DNA from: Desulfobacterales bacterium
GTDB taxonomy: Bacteria > Desulfobacterota > Desulfobacteria > Desulfobacterales > SpSt-501
NCBI GenBank assembly: GCA_037481615.1
Contig: JBBFLI010000007.1
Reading direction: 5' to 3' (one strand)
DNA length: 64,000 nucleotides
The translations under genes and the position numbers were made by a program. How positions within the stretch are numbered: position 1 is the first letter of the stretch; every line of letters begins with the position of its first letter. Below the pieces are notes generated by a model, which worked only from the letters and a program-made list of their open reading frames with translations, did not search any database and was not told the DNA's origin. Positions 19,717 through 29,133 of this stretch are shown piece after piece.

Positions 19717-20139
19717 TCAGCGTCCGGCCTTCCACTGGAAGAGCGACGTCACCGGCTCGGCGCCGACCTGGATGCGGCGCTTCTGCTCCTTGCCCTGGAA
19801 GACCGCCGCCACGTCATAGCTCCCGGCGGGGAGGTTGGCGTAGAGCCAGGGCCCTTGGGTCGTCGTCTCGAGGACGGCCTTGCCCTTCGCATCGGTGATG
19901 CGCACGGCGACCGCCGAGAGGAATTTGCCGCTGCTGTCGGCGAAGACGAGGTGGGTGTTGAACGCCTTGGCGTGTTGCTTCATGGCGTCGCGTTCGTCTT
20001 TCCCTACGCCGCCGCTCAGAAACTCCACCCCCTGGGCCGTTTTCTGCTTGGCCAGGAACGCCGAGGCGGTCGCCGGCGTGGCGGCGAGAAGGAGCAGGAC
20101 GAACGCCGCTGCACTCATGAGAGCCATCCATCTTCTCAT
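19717..20139 (-). CDS. Secreted hypothetical protein (carboxypeptidase-regulatory-like beta-sandwich suspected)
   Basis: ATG 20139 follows GAAGGAGGG. Signal peptide MRRWMALMSAAAFVLLLLAATPATASA. C-terminal LPAGSYDV motif typical of CarboxypepD_reg-like folds. Confidence 0.55.
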   Translation of the reverse strand: MRRWMALMSAAAFVLLLLAATPATASAFLAKQKTAQGVEFLSGGVGKDERDAMKQHAKAFNTHLVFADSSGKFLSAVAVRITDAKGKAVLETTTQGPWLYANLPAGSYDVAAVFQGKEQKRRIQVGAEPVTSLFQWKAGR

Positions 20140-20365
20140 CGCAAATCCCTCCTTTCTTCGGTTCGCGGAAACAACCCCCCCGCGCCGGCGGAACATGCGG
20201 CGGGGAATCTCCTGACGAAAAATCGGCGGGATCGACTAGGAAATTATGACGCCCCGGTCTCTTGTCAAGCCTCGGCGTCTCTCCAGGGCGCCCCCCCCGC
20301 TTGACGACCGCGGGCCTTCGTGGTTCAAGGGGATCTCCCCCGGCCCGCGCAAGGAGGATGTCGCG

Positions 20366-21655
20366 ATGGATCTCCAACCCGAGGATCTCCGCGTCGAGCG
20401 TCTCGGCCCCGCCCGTATCGACTCCCCGGTGACGGGGGTAAAGTTCGTCACCGAGCGGGATCAGGTGGTGTTCAGCCCGGTACCGGAGGACATCCAGGGC
20501 CATATCGCCTCCTTCGGCGCCCCCCTCGCCTTCGAGAAGGCCGGCCCCCGGCGCCGGATCTACTTCGACCCCGCCAAGCTGAAATGCGGCATCGTCACCT
20601 GCGGCGGGCTCTGCCCCGGCTTGAACGACGTCATCCGGGCCGTCGTCCTGAGCCTCTTCCACAACTACGGGGTGAAGACCGTCTTCGGGTTCCCCTACGG
20701 CTACGAGGGGCTGACCTATCGCCACGGCCATGTGCCCGTCGAGCTCACCCCGGCGGCGGTGAGCCGGATCCATGAATACGGCGGCACGGTGCTCGGCTCC
20801 TCGCGCGGCCCCCAGGACGTGGAGGAGATGGTCGACACGCTCGACCGCATGAACATCGGGGTCCTCTTCACCGTGGGGGGCGACGGGACGCTGCGCGGCG
20901 CCCAGGCGATCGCGGCCGAAATCCGGAAGCGGGGGCTGAAGATCGCCGTGGTCGGCATCCCCAAGACGATCGACAACGACATCTCCTACGTCGAGCGTTC
21001 CTTCGGCTTCGAAACCGCGGTCTCCCGCGCCGTGAGCGTGATCGACGCCGCCCACAGCGAGGCCAAGGGCGCCCGCAACGGCGTGGGGCTGGTCAAGCTC
21101 ATGGGCCGGGAGTCGGGGTTCATCGCCGTGTTCGCCACCCTGGCCCGGAGCGACGTCAACTTCTGCCTCATCCCCGAGGTCCCCTTCCGCATCGAGGCGC
21201 TCTGCCGAACGCTCGAGCGGCGGCTCGAGCAGAGCGGGCATGCCGTGATCGTGGTCGCCGAGGGAGCGGGGCAGGAGTTGACCGGGACGACCGGCGAGCG
21301 CGACGCCTCGGGAAACGTGAAGATGCGCGACATCGGGCCCTTCCTGCGCGATCGCATCCAGGAATACTTCCGCGGCCGCGGACTCGAACTCAACCTCAAG
21401 TACATCGACCCGAGTTACGCCATCCGCGGGGTGCCGGCGACCCCCCACGACTCGGCCTTCTGTCTGCTTCTCGGTCAGAACGCCGTGCACGCCGGCCTAG
21501 CCGGCTACACGAACCTCGTGGTCGGCTACTGGCTGCGGACCTTCACCCTGGTGCCGATACCGCTGGCGGTCTCGGAGCGCAAGAAGGTCGACCCCGACAG
21601 CTGGATCTGGAGCAGCGTCCTGACGAGCACGGGCCAGCCGCGGGAGTTGATCTGA
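20366..21655 (+). CDS. 6-phosphofructokinase, long (~430 aa) form
   Basis: ATG 20366 follows AAGGAGG. Motifs CGGLCPGLNDVIRAVV, GGDGTLRGA, IPKTIDNDI and MGRESGFIA. Confidence 0.9.
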   Translation: MDLQPEDLRVERLGPARIDSPVTGVKFVTERDQVVFSPVPEDIQGHIASFGAPLAFEKAGPRRRIYFDPAKLKCGIVTCGGLCPGLNDVIRAVVLSLFHNYGVKTVFGFPYGYEGLTYRHGHVPVELTPAAVSRIHEYGGTVLGSSRGPQDVEEMVDTLDRMNIGVLFTVGGDGTLRGAQAIAAEIRKRGLKIAVVGIPKTIDNDISYVERSFGFETAVSRAVSVIDAAHSEAKGARNGVGLVKLMGRESGFIAVFATLARSDVNFCLIPEVPFRIEALCRTLERRLEQSGHAVIVVAEGAGQELTGTTGERDASGNVKMRDIGPFLRDRIQEYFRGRGLELNLKYIDPSYAIRGVPATPHDSAFCLLLGQNAVHAGLAGYTNLVVGYWLRTFTLVPIPLAVSERKKVDPDSWIWSSVLTSTGQPRELI

Positions 21656-21675
21656 CGCCCGAGGAGGAGGGAAGC

Positions 21676-22824
21676 GTGACCATCCGCAGGATCGCCGTGT
21701 CGACCGGCGGCGGGGATGCCCCCGGGCTGAACGCCGTCATCCGCGCCGTCGTGCTTTCCTCCCTGCGCCGGGGGTGGCAGTGCGTGGGCATCCGCGACGG
21801 CTACAACGGCCTTCTCGACCCCCTGGCCGACCCCCGCGGCGGCCTGGTCGTGCTCGACCGCGATTCCGTCCGCGGCCTCACCCATCTCGGCGGGACGATC
21901 CTCGGGACGACGAACCGGGGAAACCCCCTGCGGTACCCCACGCCCACACCCGACGGGCGCACGGTCGAGCGCGACCGCACCGACGAACTCGTCGCCCGCT
22001 TCCGCGGGGAGGGCCTCGACGCGCTCGTCGCCATCGGCGGGGACGGCTCGCTCGAGATCGCTCATGTGCTCGCGGGCAAGGGGCTCAAGGTCGTGGGGGT
22101 CCCCAAGACGATCGACAACGACCTCGACCAGACGTTCGTCACCTTCGGCTTCGAAACCGCCGTCGAATTCGCCACCGAGTGCATCGACCGCCTCCACTCC
22201 ACCGCCGAGGCCCACCAGCGGATCCTCGTGATCGAGGTGATGGGGCGCTACGCGGGCTGGATCGCGCTCCACGCCGGGGTGGCGGCTTCGGCGGACGCGA
22301 TCCTCATCCCGGAGATCCCCTACGCGATCGAGCACGTGGCGGAGAAGATCGCCGCGCGGGAGCGGAGCGGGCGGCATTTTTCGATCGTGGTCGTGGCCGA
22401 GGGGGCCCGGCCCCGGGGCGGGGGGAGGACCCTCCAGGAGCCCGCCGCCGCCGGGCGCCCCGAACGCCTGGGCGGCGTGGGGGAAAAGGTGGCGGCGGAG
22501 CTTTCGCGCCTGACCGGCAAGGAGTCCCGGACGGTGGTGCTGGGCCACCTCCTGCGGGGGGGCAGGCCCACGGCGAACGACCGCTTGCTCGCCCTGCGCT
22601 TCGGTGCGGCGGCCGTGCGGGCGCTCGCCGAGGGGCAAAGCGGCGTCATGGTCGCCCTCAACCCCCCGGAGGTGCGCTATGTCCCCCTCTCCGCCGGCCT
22701 CCGGCGCATGAAGACCGTCCCCGTGGACGGCGACACCGTCCGGACCGCGCGCGATCTCGGCATCAGCTTCGGCGACGCGGAACCCTCGCCCTCAAGTCCG
22801 GCCTCCCCGCGGCCGATGAGATGA
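21676..22824 (+). CDS. 6-phosphofructokinase, second paralogue
   Basis: GTG start follows GAGGAGGAGGG. Motifs STGGGDAPGLNAVIRAVV, GGDGSLEIA, VPKTIDNDL and MGRYAGWIA. Confidence 0.9.
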   Translation: MTIRRIAVSTGGGDAPGLNAVIRAVVLSSLRRGWQCVGIRDGYNGLLDPLADPRGGLVVLDRDSVRGLTHLGGTILGTTNRGNPLRYPTPTPDGRTVERDRTDELVARFRGEGLDALVAIGGDGSLEIAHVLAGKGLKVVGVPKTIDNDLDQTFVTFGFETAVEFATECIDRLHSTAEAHQRILVIEVMGRYAGWIALHAGVAASADAILIPEIPYAIEHVAEKIAARERSGRHFSIVVVAEGARPRGGGRTLQEPAAAGRPERLGGVGEKVAAELSRLTGKESRTVVLGHLLRGGRPTANDRLLALRFGAAAVRALAEGQSGVMVALNPPEVRYVPLSAGLRRMKTVPVDGDTVRTARDLGISFGDAEPSPSSPASPRPMR

Positions 22825-22872
22825 TCGGCGAGGCAGGCGCCCCTTCGCCTGCCCGGAGGAACCCGGCTCCCC

Positions 22873-23712
22873 ATGGACGAAAAGAAGCTCGAGGCCATCG
22901 TCGGCCGGATCCGGTCCGTGCCGGCGATGCCGGCCACGGCGGCGCGGCTCTTGCCGCTGCTCTCCGACCCCGCGGCGGACGCGCGCCGGGTCGAGGAGGT
23001 CCTGCGCCACGACCCCGGCCTGACGGCCGACCTGCTCAAGATCGCCAACTCCGCCTACTTCGGCCTGCCCGCGCGCGTCGGCTCCGTGCGGCAGGCGGTC
23101 CTGCTGCTCGGCTGGAAGCGGCTGCTCCAGCTCGTCATGACCCTCAGCATGAGCGGGCTGATGCGGCAGCCGCTGCCCGGCTACGATCTCCCCCGCGGGG
23201 CGCTCTGGCGCCACTCGGTCGCGGTGTCGGTCGCCGCCGAGCGGCTGATCGCCCTCCTGAAAATCCCGGACGGGGATGCGGTCTTCACCGCGGCCCTGCT
23301 GCACGACGTGGGAAAGATCGTGCTCGCCCAGTTCGTCCGGGAGGAACTCGGGCGGATCGAGGCCCTGGTCGGAAAGGGCCTCTCCTTCGATGTCGCCGAG
23401 ACGGTCGTCCTCGGGGTCAACCACGCGGAGATCGGGGGCAAGGTGCTCGAGGCCTGGGCGCTCCCGCCGGGGCTCGTGGAGGCGGTCCGCCTGCACCACG
23501 ACCCGGAGCGCTGCGCCCGCGACTGCCCGGTGAGCGACCTCGTCCACGTGGCGAACGCGATCGGCGGGCGGCTCGATGCGGAAGAGCGCGGCGTCGCCCC
23601 GCCGGAGGCATCGCCCGAGGTCCTCGACCGCCTGGGGCTGGGCGGGCAGGATTTCGCGGAAGTGACGCGCCGGACGCGCCGGGAGCTCACGCGCCTGTCC
23701 GAGGCCCTTTAG
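22873..23712 (+). CDS. HDOD domain protein
   Basis: 279 aa. HDOD-like blocks PAMPATAARLLPLLSDP, LLKIANSAYFG and LLHDVGKIVL. Confidence 0.8.
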   Translation: MDEKKLEAIVGRIRSVPAMPATAARLLPLLSDPAADARRVEEVLRHDPGLTADLLKIANSAYFGLPARVGSVRQAVLLLGWKRLLQLVMTLSMSGLMRQPLPGYDLPRGALWRHSVAVSVAAERLIALLKIPDGDAVFTAALLHDVGKIVLAQFVREELGRIEALVGKGLSFDVAETVVLGVNHAEIGGKVLEAWALPPGLVEAVRLHHDPERCARDCPVSDLVHVANAIGGRLDAEERGVAPPEASPEVLDRLGLGGQDFAEVTRRTRRELTRLSEAL

Positions 23713-25294
23713 CCGCCGCGAGGGATTCCCGCCAGCGGAAGCGGACCGCCCGCCCCTCCCGCACGCACTCGAGGTCGCCCCGGCCGAAGGCCGAGGAGAG
23801 CGCCGCCGCGAGCTTGTTGCGGTCGCCCGCGAAAGACGATCCCACGCGCTCGAGCAACCCCGCCAGCGGATCGCCCCCGTCCGGCAGCTCCCAGGATCCC
23901 GCCCCCTCGACCGCTTCCCCCATCATCAGTTCGTAGAGGAGCACGATGCGCTCGAGGTTCTCGAGCGTGCGGCGCTCCTGCTCCCCCGCTTTCCCCTCGT
24001 CGCGCCTTCGCCCGATCTCGGCGAGATACTTCTGGAAGCGCCCCTCCCAGTCGCGGGCGACGGTTTCGAGCAGAGCGGCCGGGGCCGCCTCCGTTTCACA
24101 GACGGCGCGGTTGGCGTCGTAGCGCGACCAGTCGTCGGTCAGGATCCGCAGGCCGAGCGCCGCGCTGCGCTCGCGGACCTCGGTCCCCGGGAAGGGGGCG
24201 AGCAGGTGGAAGCCGTACTGCAGCCCCCGGGCGGCGAGCTCCTCGCCGAAGGCGAGCGTCTCCGCGAGCGTCTCGGGGGTCTCCCCCGGCAGCCCGAGGA
24301 TGAAGGAGGCCATGGCCGTGACCCCCGCCCGCCGGCAGGCCTCGACCGCGGCGCGGGCCTGCTCCGGGGTGATCCCTTTTTTCGCCGTGCGCAGAATCCC
24401 GCGGTTCGCCGATTCCAGGCCGAAACTCACCGCCGCGCAGCCGGCGGCCTTCATCCGGCAGAGCAGCGCCTCGGAGACGGAGTCGACGCGCGCAAAGGAG
24501 GTCCAGCGGATGTTCAGCCCGCGGGCGAGGATTTCGTCGCAGACGGCCCGGCAGCGCCGGGCGTCGGCCGTGAACCAGTCGTCGGCGAGGTTGACCTGGG
24601 GGAAGCCGAGCGCGCTCAGTTCCGCGAGCTCATCCACCACACGCCGCACCCCGTGGAGGCGCACGCGCGGGCCGACCATGCGTCGCCCGACGCAGAAGAT
24701 GCAGCGGTGCGGGCAGCCGCGCGAGGTCGTCATGCTGACCGAAAGCCCGAGCGCCCGATAGCGGCCGAGCGGGAGGAGGTGGCGCGCCGGAAGCGGCAGG
24801 CGGTCGAGGTCGGCGAGAAAGGGCCGGTCCGGGGTGCTGCGGAACCCGTCCCCCTCCCGGACCGTGATGCCGCGGACGGAAGAAAGGGGCCGGCGGCGCT
24901 CAATGGCGCGGCACAGCTCGACGAGCGTCTCCTCCCCCTCGCCGCGGACGACCACGTCGAGCGCCGGGCAGGCGGCGAGGGTTTTCTCCGCGCAGAAGCT
25001 CGCGTGCGGCCCCCCCAGCACGGTCAGCGCCGCGGGGTCCAGGCGCTTGATCGCCGCGGCGAGGGAAAGCGCCCGGTCCACGTTCATCGTCACCGCCGTG
25101 AGGCCGACCGCCTGCGGCGCGAACTCCGCGAGCAGCGTCTCGAGGCGCCGCGCGCCGCCGGGGGTCACCACGAGGTCGAGGACGCGCACCTCGATCCCGG
25201 CGGCCTCGAGCGCACCGGCGAGGTAGGCGAGCCCGAGCGGCGGCGAGGGGGTCTCGCCGATCGGGTAGAAAGGGTTGATCAGGAGCACGCGCAT
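23687..25294 (-). CDS. B12-binding-domain radical SAM protein (class B)
   Basis: N-terminal MRVLLINPFYP...PLGLAYLAGAL, typical of the B12-binding domain. Cluster motif SRGCPHRCIFCVG. About 130 aa of Cys-free C-terminal extension. Confidence 0.85.
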   Translation of the reverse strand: MRVLLINPFYPIGETPSPPLGLAYLAGALEAAGIEVRVLDLVVTPGGARRLETLLAEFAPQAVGLTAVTMNVDRALSLAAAIKRLDPAALTVLGGPHASFCAEKTLAACPALDVVVRGEGEETLVELCRAIERRRPLSSVRGITVREGDGFRSTPDRPFLADLDRLPLPARHLLPLGRYRALGLSVSMTTSRGCPHRCIFCVGRRMVGPRVRLHGVRRVVDELAELSALGFPQVNLADDWFTADARRCRAVCDEILARGLNIRWTSFARVDSVSEALLCRMKAAGCAAVSFGLESANRGILRTAKKGITPEQARAAVEACRRAGVTAMASFILGLPGETPETLAETLAFGEELAARGLQYGFHLLAPFPGTEVRERSAALGLRILTDDWSRYDANRAVCETEAAPAALLETVARDWEGRFQKYLAEIGRRRDEGKAGEQERRTLENLERIVLLYELMMGEAVEGAGSWELPDGGDPLAGLLERVGSSFAGDRNKLAAALSSAFGRGDLECVREGRAVRFRWRESLAAAKGPRTGA

Positions 25295-25320
25295 GGCGCC
25301 CGCCGAGCCCTTCCGGGGGC

Positions 25321-25355
25321 AAAGAAAAAGGCCCGCACCGCGGGGGATGCGGGCC
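25321..25355 (-). terminator. Rho-independent terminator of fhs
   Basis: On the minus strand: GGCCCGCA-(10-nt loop)-TGCGGGCC followed by TTTTTCTTT, 22 nt after the fhs stop. Confidence 0.75.
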
Positions 25356-25376
25356 TTTCCGCAGGCCGTCGCGGAA

Positions 25377-27140
25377 CTAGAACAGGCCGCTCACCTTGCC
25401 CGTGTTCACGTCGACGTCGATCCGCCGGAAGGCGGGGTTCGAGCTCGTCCCGGGCATCAGGCTGATCGTCCCGGCGCAGGGGCAGAGGAATTTCGCCCCG
25501 GAGTAGATCAGGACGTCGCGGATGGGCAGGATCCAGCCCTTGGGCACGCCCTTGAGCGTGGGGTCGTGGCTCAGGCTGAGGTGGGTCTTCACCATCATGG
25601 TCGCGAAATCGGCGTACTTGGGGTCGGATTCGAGCATCTTGGCCTTGGCCTCCGCCTCGGGCGTCCAGCTGACCCCGTCGGCGCCGTAGACCTCTTTCGC
25701 GATCAGCGCGACCCGGTCGCGCAGTTTCATCTCCAGGGGATAGAGGAACTTGAAGTCGCCCTTCTGTTCGCAGGCCTCGATCACGGCGTCGGCCAGCTCG
25801 AGCGCCCCCTCGCCGCCCTTCAGCCAGTGCTCGGAGACCGCGCAGCGGGCGCCGGCCGCCTCGGCCGCCTTCTTCACCGCCTTCACCTCCTCCTCGGTGT
25901 CGGTGTGGAAGCGGTTGATGCAGACGACCGGGTTCATGCCCGACTTGCGGATGACCTGGATCATGTGGACCATGTTCGCGCAGCCCTTTTCGACGAGGCC
26001 GACGTCCGCCCGGGTGTACTCCTCGGGCAGCGGCTTTCCGGGGACGACCTTGGGGCCGCCGCCGTGCATCTTGAGGGCGCGGATCGTGGCCGTCAGCACC
26101 GAGACGTGGGGTTTCAGACCGCTGAAGCGGCATTTCACGTTCCAGAACTTCTCGAAGCCGATGTCGGCGGCGAAGCCCGACTCCGTCACGTGATAGTCGA
26201 ACATCTTCAGCCCGATGCGGTCGGCGATGATCGAGGACTGCCCGACGGCGATGTTGGCGAAAGGCCCGGCGTGGACCATGCAGGGCTGGTACTCGGCCGT
26301 GCTCATGAGCGTCGGGTTGATCGTGTTGCGCATGAAGGCGCACATCGCGTTGCCGACCTCGAGATCCCCGGTCGTGACCGGTTTGCCGGAGCGGTCGAAG
26401 GCGACGGTGATCTCGTTCAGGCGCTTTTTCAGGTCGGCCAGGTCCTTCACGATCGAGAGGATGGCCATGCACTCGGAGCCGACGGCGATGCCGAACTTCG
26501 ACTGCATCATGTAGCCGTCCTGGCGGCCGCCGATGCCGATGATGATGTTGCGCAGCGCCTGCGCGCAGAAGTCGATCACCCAGCCCATCTCCACGCGCGT
26601 GGGGTCGATGTTCAGCCGCCGCATCCCGGTCAGCCGCGCGAGCTGCTCGTCGGTGTAGTTGCGCTCGTGTTGCATCCTCGCCGTGAGCGCGACCATGGCG
26701 AGGTTGTGGGCGTTCATGATGTCGTTGATGTCCCCGGTCAGGCCGAGGGAGAACTCGGTCATGGGGATGAGCAGGGCGTTCCCGCCGCCCGCGGCCGTGC
26801 CCTTGATGTTCATCGTCGGCCCGCCCGAGGGCTGCCGCAGGGCCCCGCCCACGTTTTTGCCGCGTTTGCCGAGACCCTCGATCAGGCCGATCGAGGTCGT
26901 GCTCTTGCCCTCCCCGAGCGGGGTGGGGGTGATCGCGGTCACCTCGATGTATTTCCCGTCCGGCCGGCCCTCCAGGCGACGGATGATCTTCATGAAGTCG
27001 AGCTTGGCGAGCCGCCCCATGGGGAGCATTTCGTCCTTTTCCAGCCCCAGTTTCTCGCGCCACTCCTCCGGGGTGGGCATGTTCTTCTCGGCGGCCTCGG
27101 AAATCTGCCAGTCGGCCATCTTGGTCGCATCGTACGGCAT
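25377..27140 (-). CDS. fhs: Formate--tetrahydrofolate ligase
   Basis: Start moved to ATG 27140 (MPYDATKM), which has AAGGAGGAAGG upstream, giving 587 aa. FTHFS blocks [15 protein letters not shown] and GPFANIAVG. Confidence 0.95.
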   Translation of the reverse strand: MPYDATKMADWQISEAAEKNMPTPEEWREKLGLEKDEMLPMGRLAKLDFMKIIRRLEGRPDGKYIEVTAITPTPLGEGKSTTSIGLIEGLGKRGKNVGGALRQPSGGPTMNIKGTAAGGGNALLIPMTEFSLGLTGDINDIMNAHNLAMVALTARMQHERNYTDEQLARLTGMRRLNIDPTRVEMGWVIDFCAQALRNIIIGIGGRQDGYMMQSKFGIAVGSECMAILSIVKDLADLKKRLNEITVAFDRSGKPVTTGDLEVGNAMCAFMRNTINPTLMSTAEYQPCMVHAGPFANIAVGQSSIIADRIGLKMFDYHVTESGFAADIGFEKFWNVKCRFSGLKPHVSVLTATIRALKMHGGGPKVVPGKPLPEEYTRADVGLVEKGCANMVHMIQVIRKSGMNPVVCINRFHTDTEEEVKAVKKAAEAAGARCAVSEHWLKGGEGALELADAVIEACEQKGDFKFLYPLEMKLRDRVALIAKEVYGADGVSWTPEAEAKAKMLESDPKYADFATMMVKTHLSLSHDPTLKGVPKGWILPIRDVLIYSGAKFLCPCAGTISLMPGTSSNPAFRRIDVDVNTGKVSGLF

Positions 27141-27273
27141 GAGATCCTTCCTCCTTTGCGTGGGTGTTGTGGGCTCGTTCAGGGGTTCTTCGGGCCCGGG
27201 CGGGCCCGGGGGCGTTCGGCGTCCTCCGGGACCCGGCCGCCGGGTGGGGCGGGAGGCGGCTTCGGCCATGGGG

Positions 27274-29133
27274 CTATAGCATCGGCGTCTGCCCGGCGCA
27301 AGGGCTTTCCGGGGGGGGAGTCCCGCCGTTTTCCGCCTGGGCCTGGTGGAGCCGGAAGTAGAAACCGCGCCGCTCCATCAGGGCGGCGTGGGTCCCGGTC
27401 TCGAGGATGCGGCCGCCGAGGAGGACGAGGATCTCGTCCGCCGCGCGCACGGTGGACAGACGGTGGGCGACGAGGAGGGCGGTGCGCTCGGCGAGCAGCC
27501 GCTCGAGGGCGTCCTGGATCGCCTGCTCGGTCTCGGAGTCGACGGCCGAGGTCGCCTCGTCGAAGAGGATGATCTCCGGGTTGCGGGCGAAGGCGCGGGC
27601 GATGGCGACGAGCTGCCGTTCCCCGGCGGAGATCGCCCCCCCCCCTTCCCCCAGCGGCGAGTCGAGCCCCGCGGGCAGGCGCTCGAGCAGGCGATCGAGG
27701 CGCGCGGCCTCCACGATGCGCGCCTCCTGCACCGGGGAGGGCGGCGGCAGGCCCTGGAAGATGTTCTCCCGCAGGGTGCCCGCGAAGAGCGTGGGGTCCT
27801 GGAGGACGAGGGCGAGCCGGTCGCGGATCGCCGCCCTGGGCCAGGCGCGCAGGTCGACCCCGTTCAGCAGGATGCGCCCCGCCGTGGGGTCGTAGAGGCG
27901 CGGGATGAGCTGGAGGAGGGTGCTCTTGCCGGCGCCGGTCGGCCCGACGACGGCGGTCGTCGCACCGCGCCGCAGGCGGAAGGAAATCCCCTTCAGGACG
28001 GGCTCCCCGGGCACATAGGCGAACTCGACGTTCTCGAAGCGCAGCTCCTCGACCCGCGAAAGGCGGGGGGCGGCCTTCGCCGGAGGCTCGCGCAGCGGGT
28101 TGGGCGTGTCGAACACGAGGAAGATGCGCTCGACCGAGGCGAGCGCGTTCTGGAGCACGTTGTATTTCTCCCCGAGATCCCGGAGCGGCCGGAAGAACAT
28201 GCGGATGTAGGTGAGAAAGGCGACGAGCGCGCCGAGGCTGACCGCCCCGCCGGGCACGCGGCTTCCGCCGTAGCCGATCACGAGCGCGACGGCGGCCAGG
28301 GAGAGCACCTCGATCAGCGGCAGGAAGACCGCGAGCACCCGGATCTGCTCCATGCCGGTCCGGTAGTTCTCGAGGTTGAGGCGCGCGAAGCGCTCGAAAT
28401 TGCGGTCTTCGGCGCGGTGGATCTGGATCACGCGCAAACCGCCGATCGTCTCGGCGAAGCGGGTGTTGATCTCGGCCGTCTGGATGCGCAGCGTGCGGAA
28501 GATCTCGCGCGCCCGCCGCGAGAAGTGCGCGGCCGCGACGGCGACGGGCGGCAGCACGAGAAAGGTGACGAGGGCGAGCCGCCAGTCGAGAACGAGGAGC
28601 ACGGCGGCGATCCCCGCGATCAGCAGGAGATCCTTGAAGAGGAACGAGAGAAAGGAGGTGAAGAGCTCGTAGAGGTTCTGGACGTCGCCCGTCAGCCGGG
28701 TCACGACCCGGCCCACGGGGTTCTTGGCGAAGAAGTCGAGGGGCAGATCCTGCGTGTGGGCGTAGAGCCGCATCCGCAGATCGTGCATGATGCGCTGGCC
28801 GGTCGCCTCCATGAGGACGGACTGGGCGAAGGAAAAGAGGAAATGCAGCAGGACGAGCAGGCTGAAGGCCGCCGCCGTGAGGGAGAGCCCCTGCAGCGCG
28901 GCTTCGGCGGCGGCGGGGTCGCCGCCTGCGGCCGGCAGGATGAAGCGGTCGATCGCATGGCGGATCAAGAGCGGCAGCGCGAGATCGAGCAGCGTAATCA
29001 GAAGCACGAGGGCGATCGAGCCGGCGAGCAGCGCGCGGTGCGGGCGGATCAGGGGCCGCAGGCGCAGGAGCTGGCGGAAATCGTAGCCCCCGATCGGCCG
29101 GACATCCTCGAAATCGAGCGGCTCACGCGGCAT
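27274..29133 (-). CDS. ABC exporter, fused permease/ATPase (MdlB/MsbA-like), subunit 2
   Basis: Start moved to ATG 29133 (MPREPLDF). Six-TM N-terminal half. Walker [11 protein letters not shown], signature ISAGERQL, Walker B ILFDEATS. Overlaps the upstream partner by 11 nt. Confidence 0.9.
   Translation of the reverse strand: MPREPLDFEDVRPIGGYDFRQLLRLRPLIRPHRALLAGSIALVLLITLLDLALPLLIRHAIDRFILPAAGGDPAAAEAALQGLSLTAAAFSLLVLLHFLFSFAQSVLMEATGQRIMHDLRMRLYAHTQDLPLDFFAKNPVGRVVTRLTGDVQNLYELFTSFLSFLFKDLLLIAGIAAVLLVLDWRLALVTFLVLPPVAVAAAHFSRRAREIFRTLRIQTAEINTRFAETIGGLRVIQIHRAEDRNFERFARLNLENYRTGMEQIRVLAVFLPLIEVLSLAAVALVIGYGGSRVPGGAVSLGALVAFLTYIRMFFRPLRDLGEKYNVLQNALASVERIFLVFDTPNPLREPPAKAAPRLSRVEELRFENVEFAYVPGEPVLKGISFRLRRGATTAVVGPTGAGKSTLLQLIPRLYDPTAGRILLNGVDLRAWPRAAIRDRLALVLQDPTLFAGTLRENIFQGLPPPSPVQEARIVEAARLDRLLERLPAGLDSPLGEGGGAISAGERQLVAIARAFARNPEIILFDEATSAVDSETEQAIQDALERLLAERTALLVAHRLSTVRAADEILVLLGGRILETGTHAALMERRGFYFRLHQAQAENGGTPPPESPCAGQTPML

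Noticed and set aside
27141-27273. Riboswitch (ZTP/pfl or THF type) in the fhs 5' leader, and B12 riboswitches upstream of icmF and the B12-radical SAM gene
   Set aside because: I read the minus-strand leader and could not find the conserved ZTP pseudoknot elements (GGGUCGUGAC... / CCGCCUGGGC) or a B12-box. icmF is translationally coupled to tetR, and the radical SAM gene starts right after a terminator. A covariance-model scan (Rfam/Infernal) would be the decisive check.
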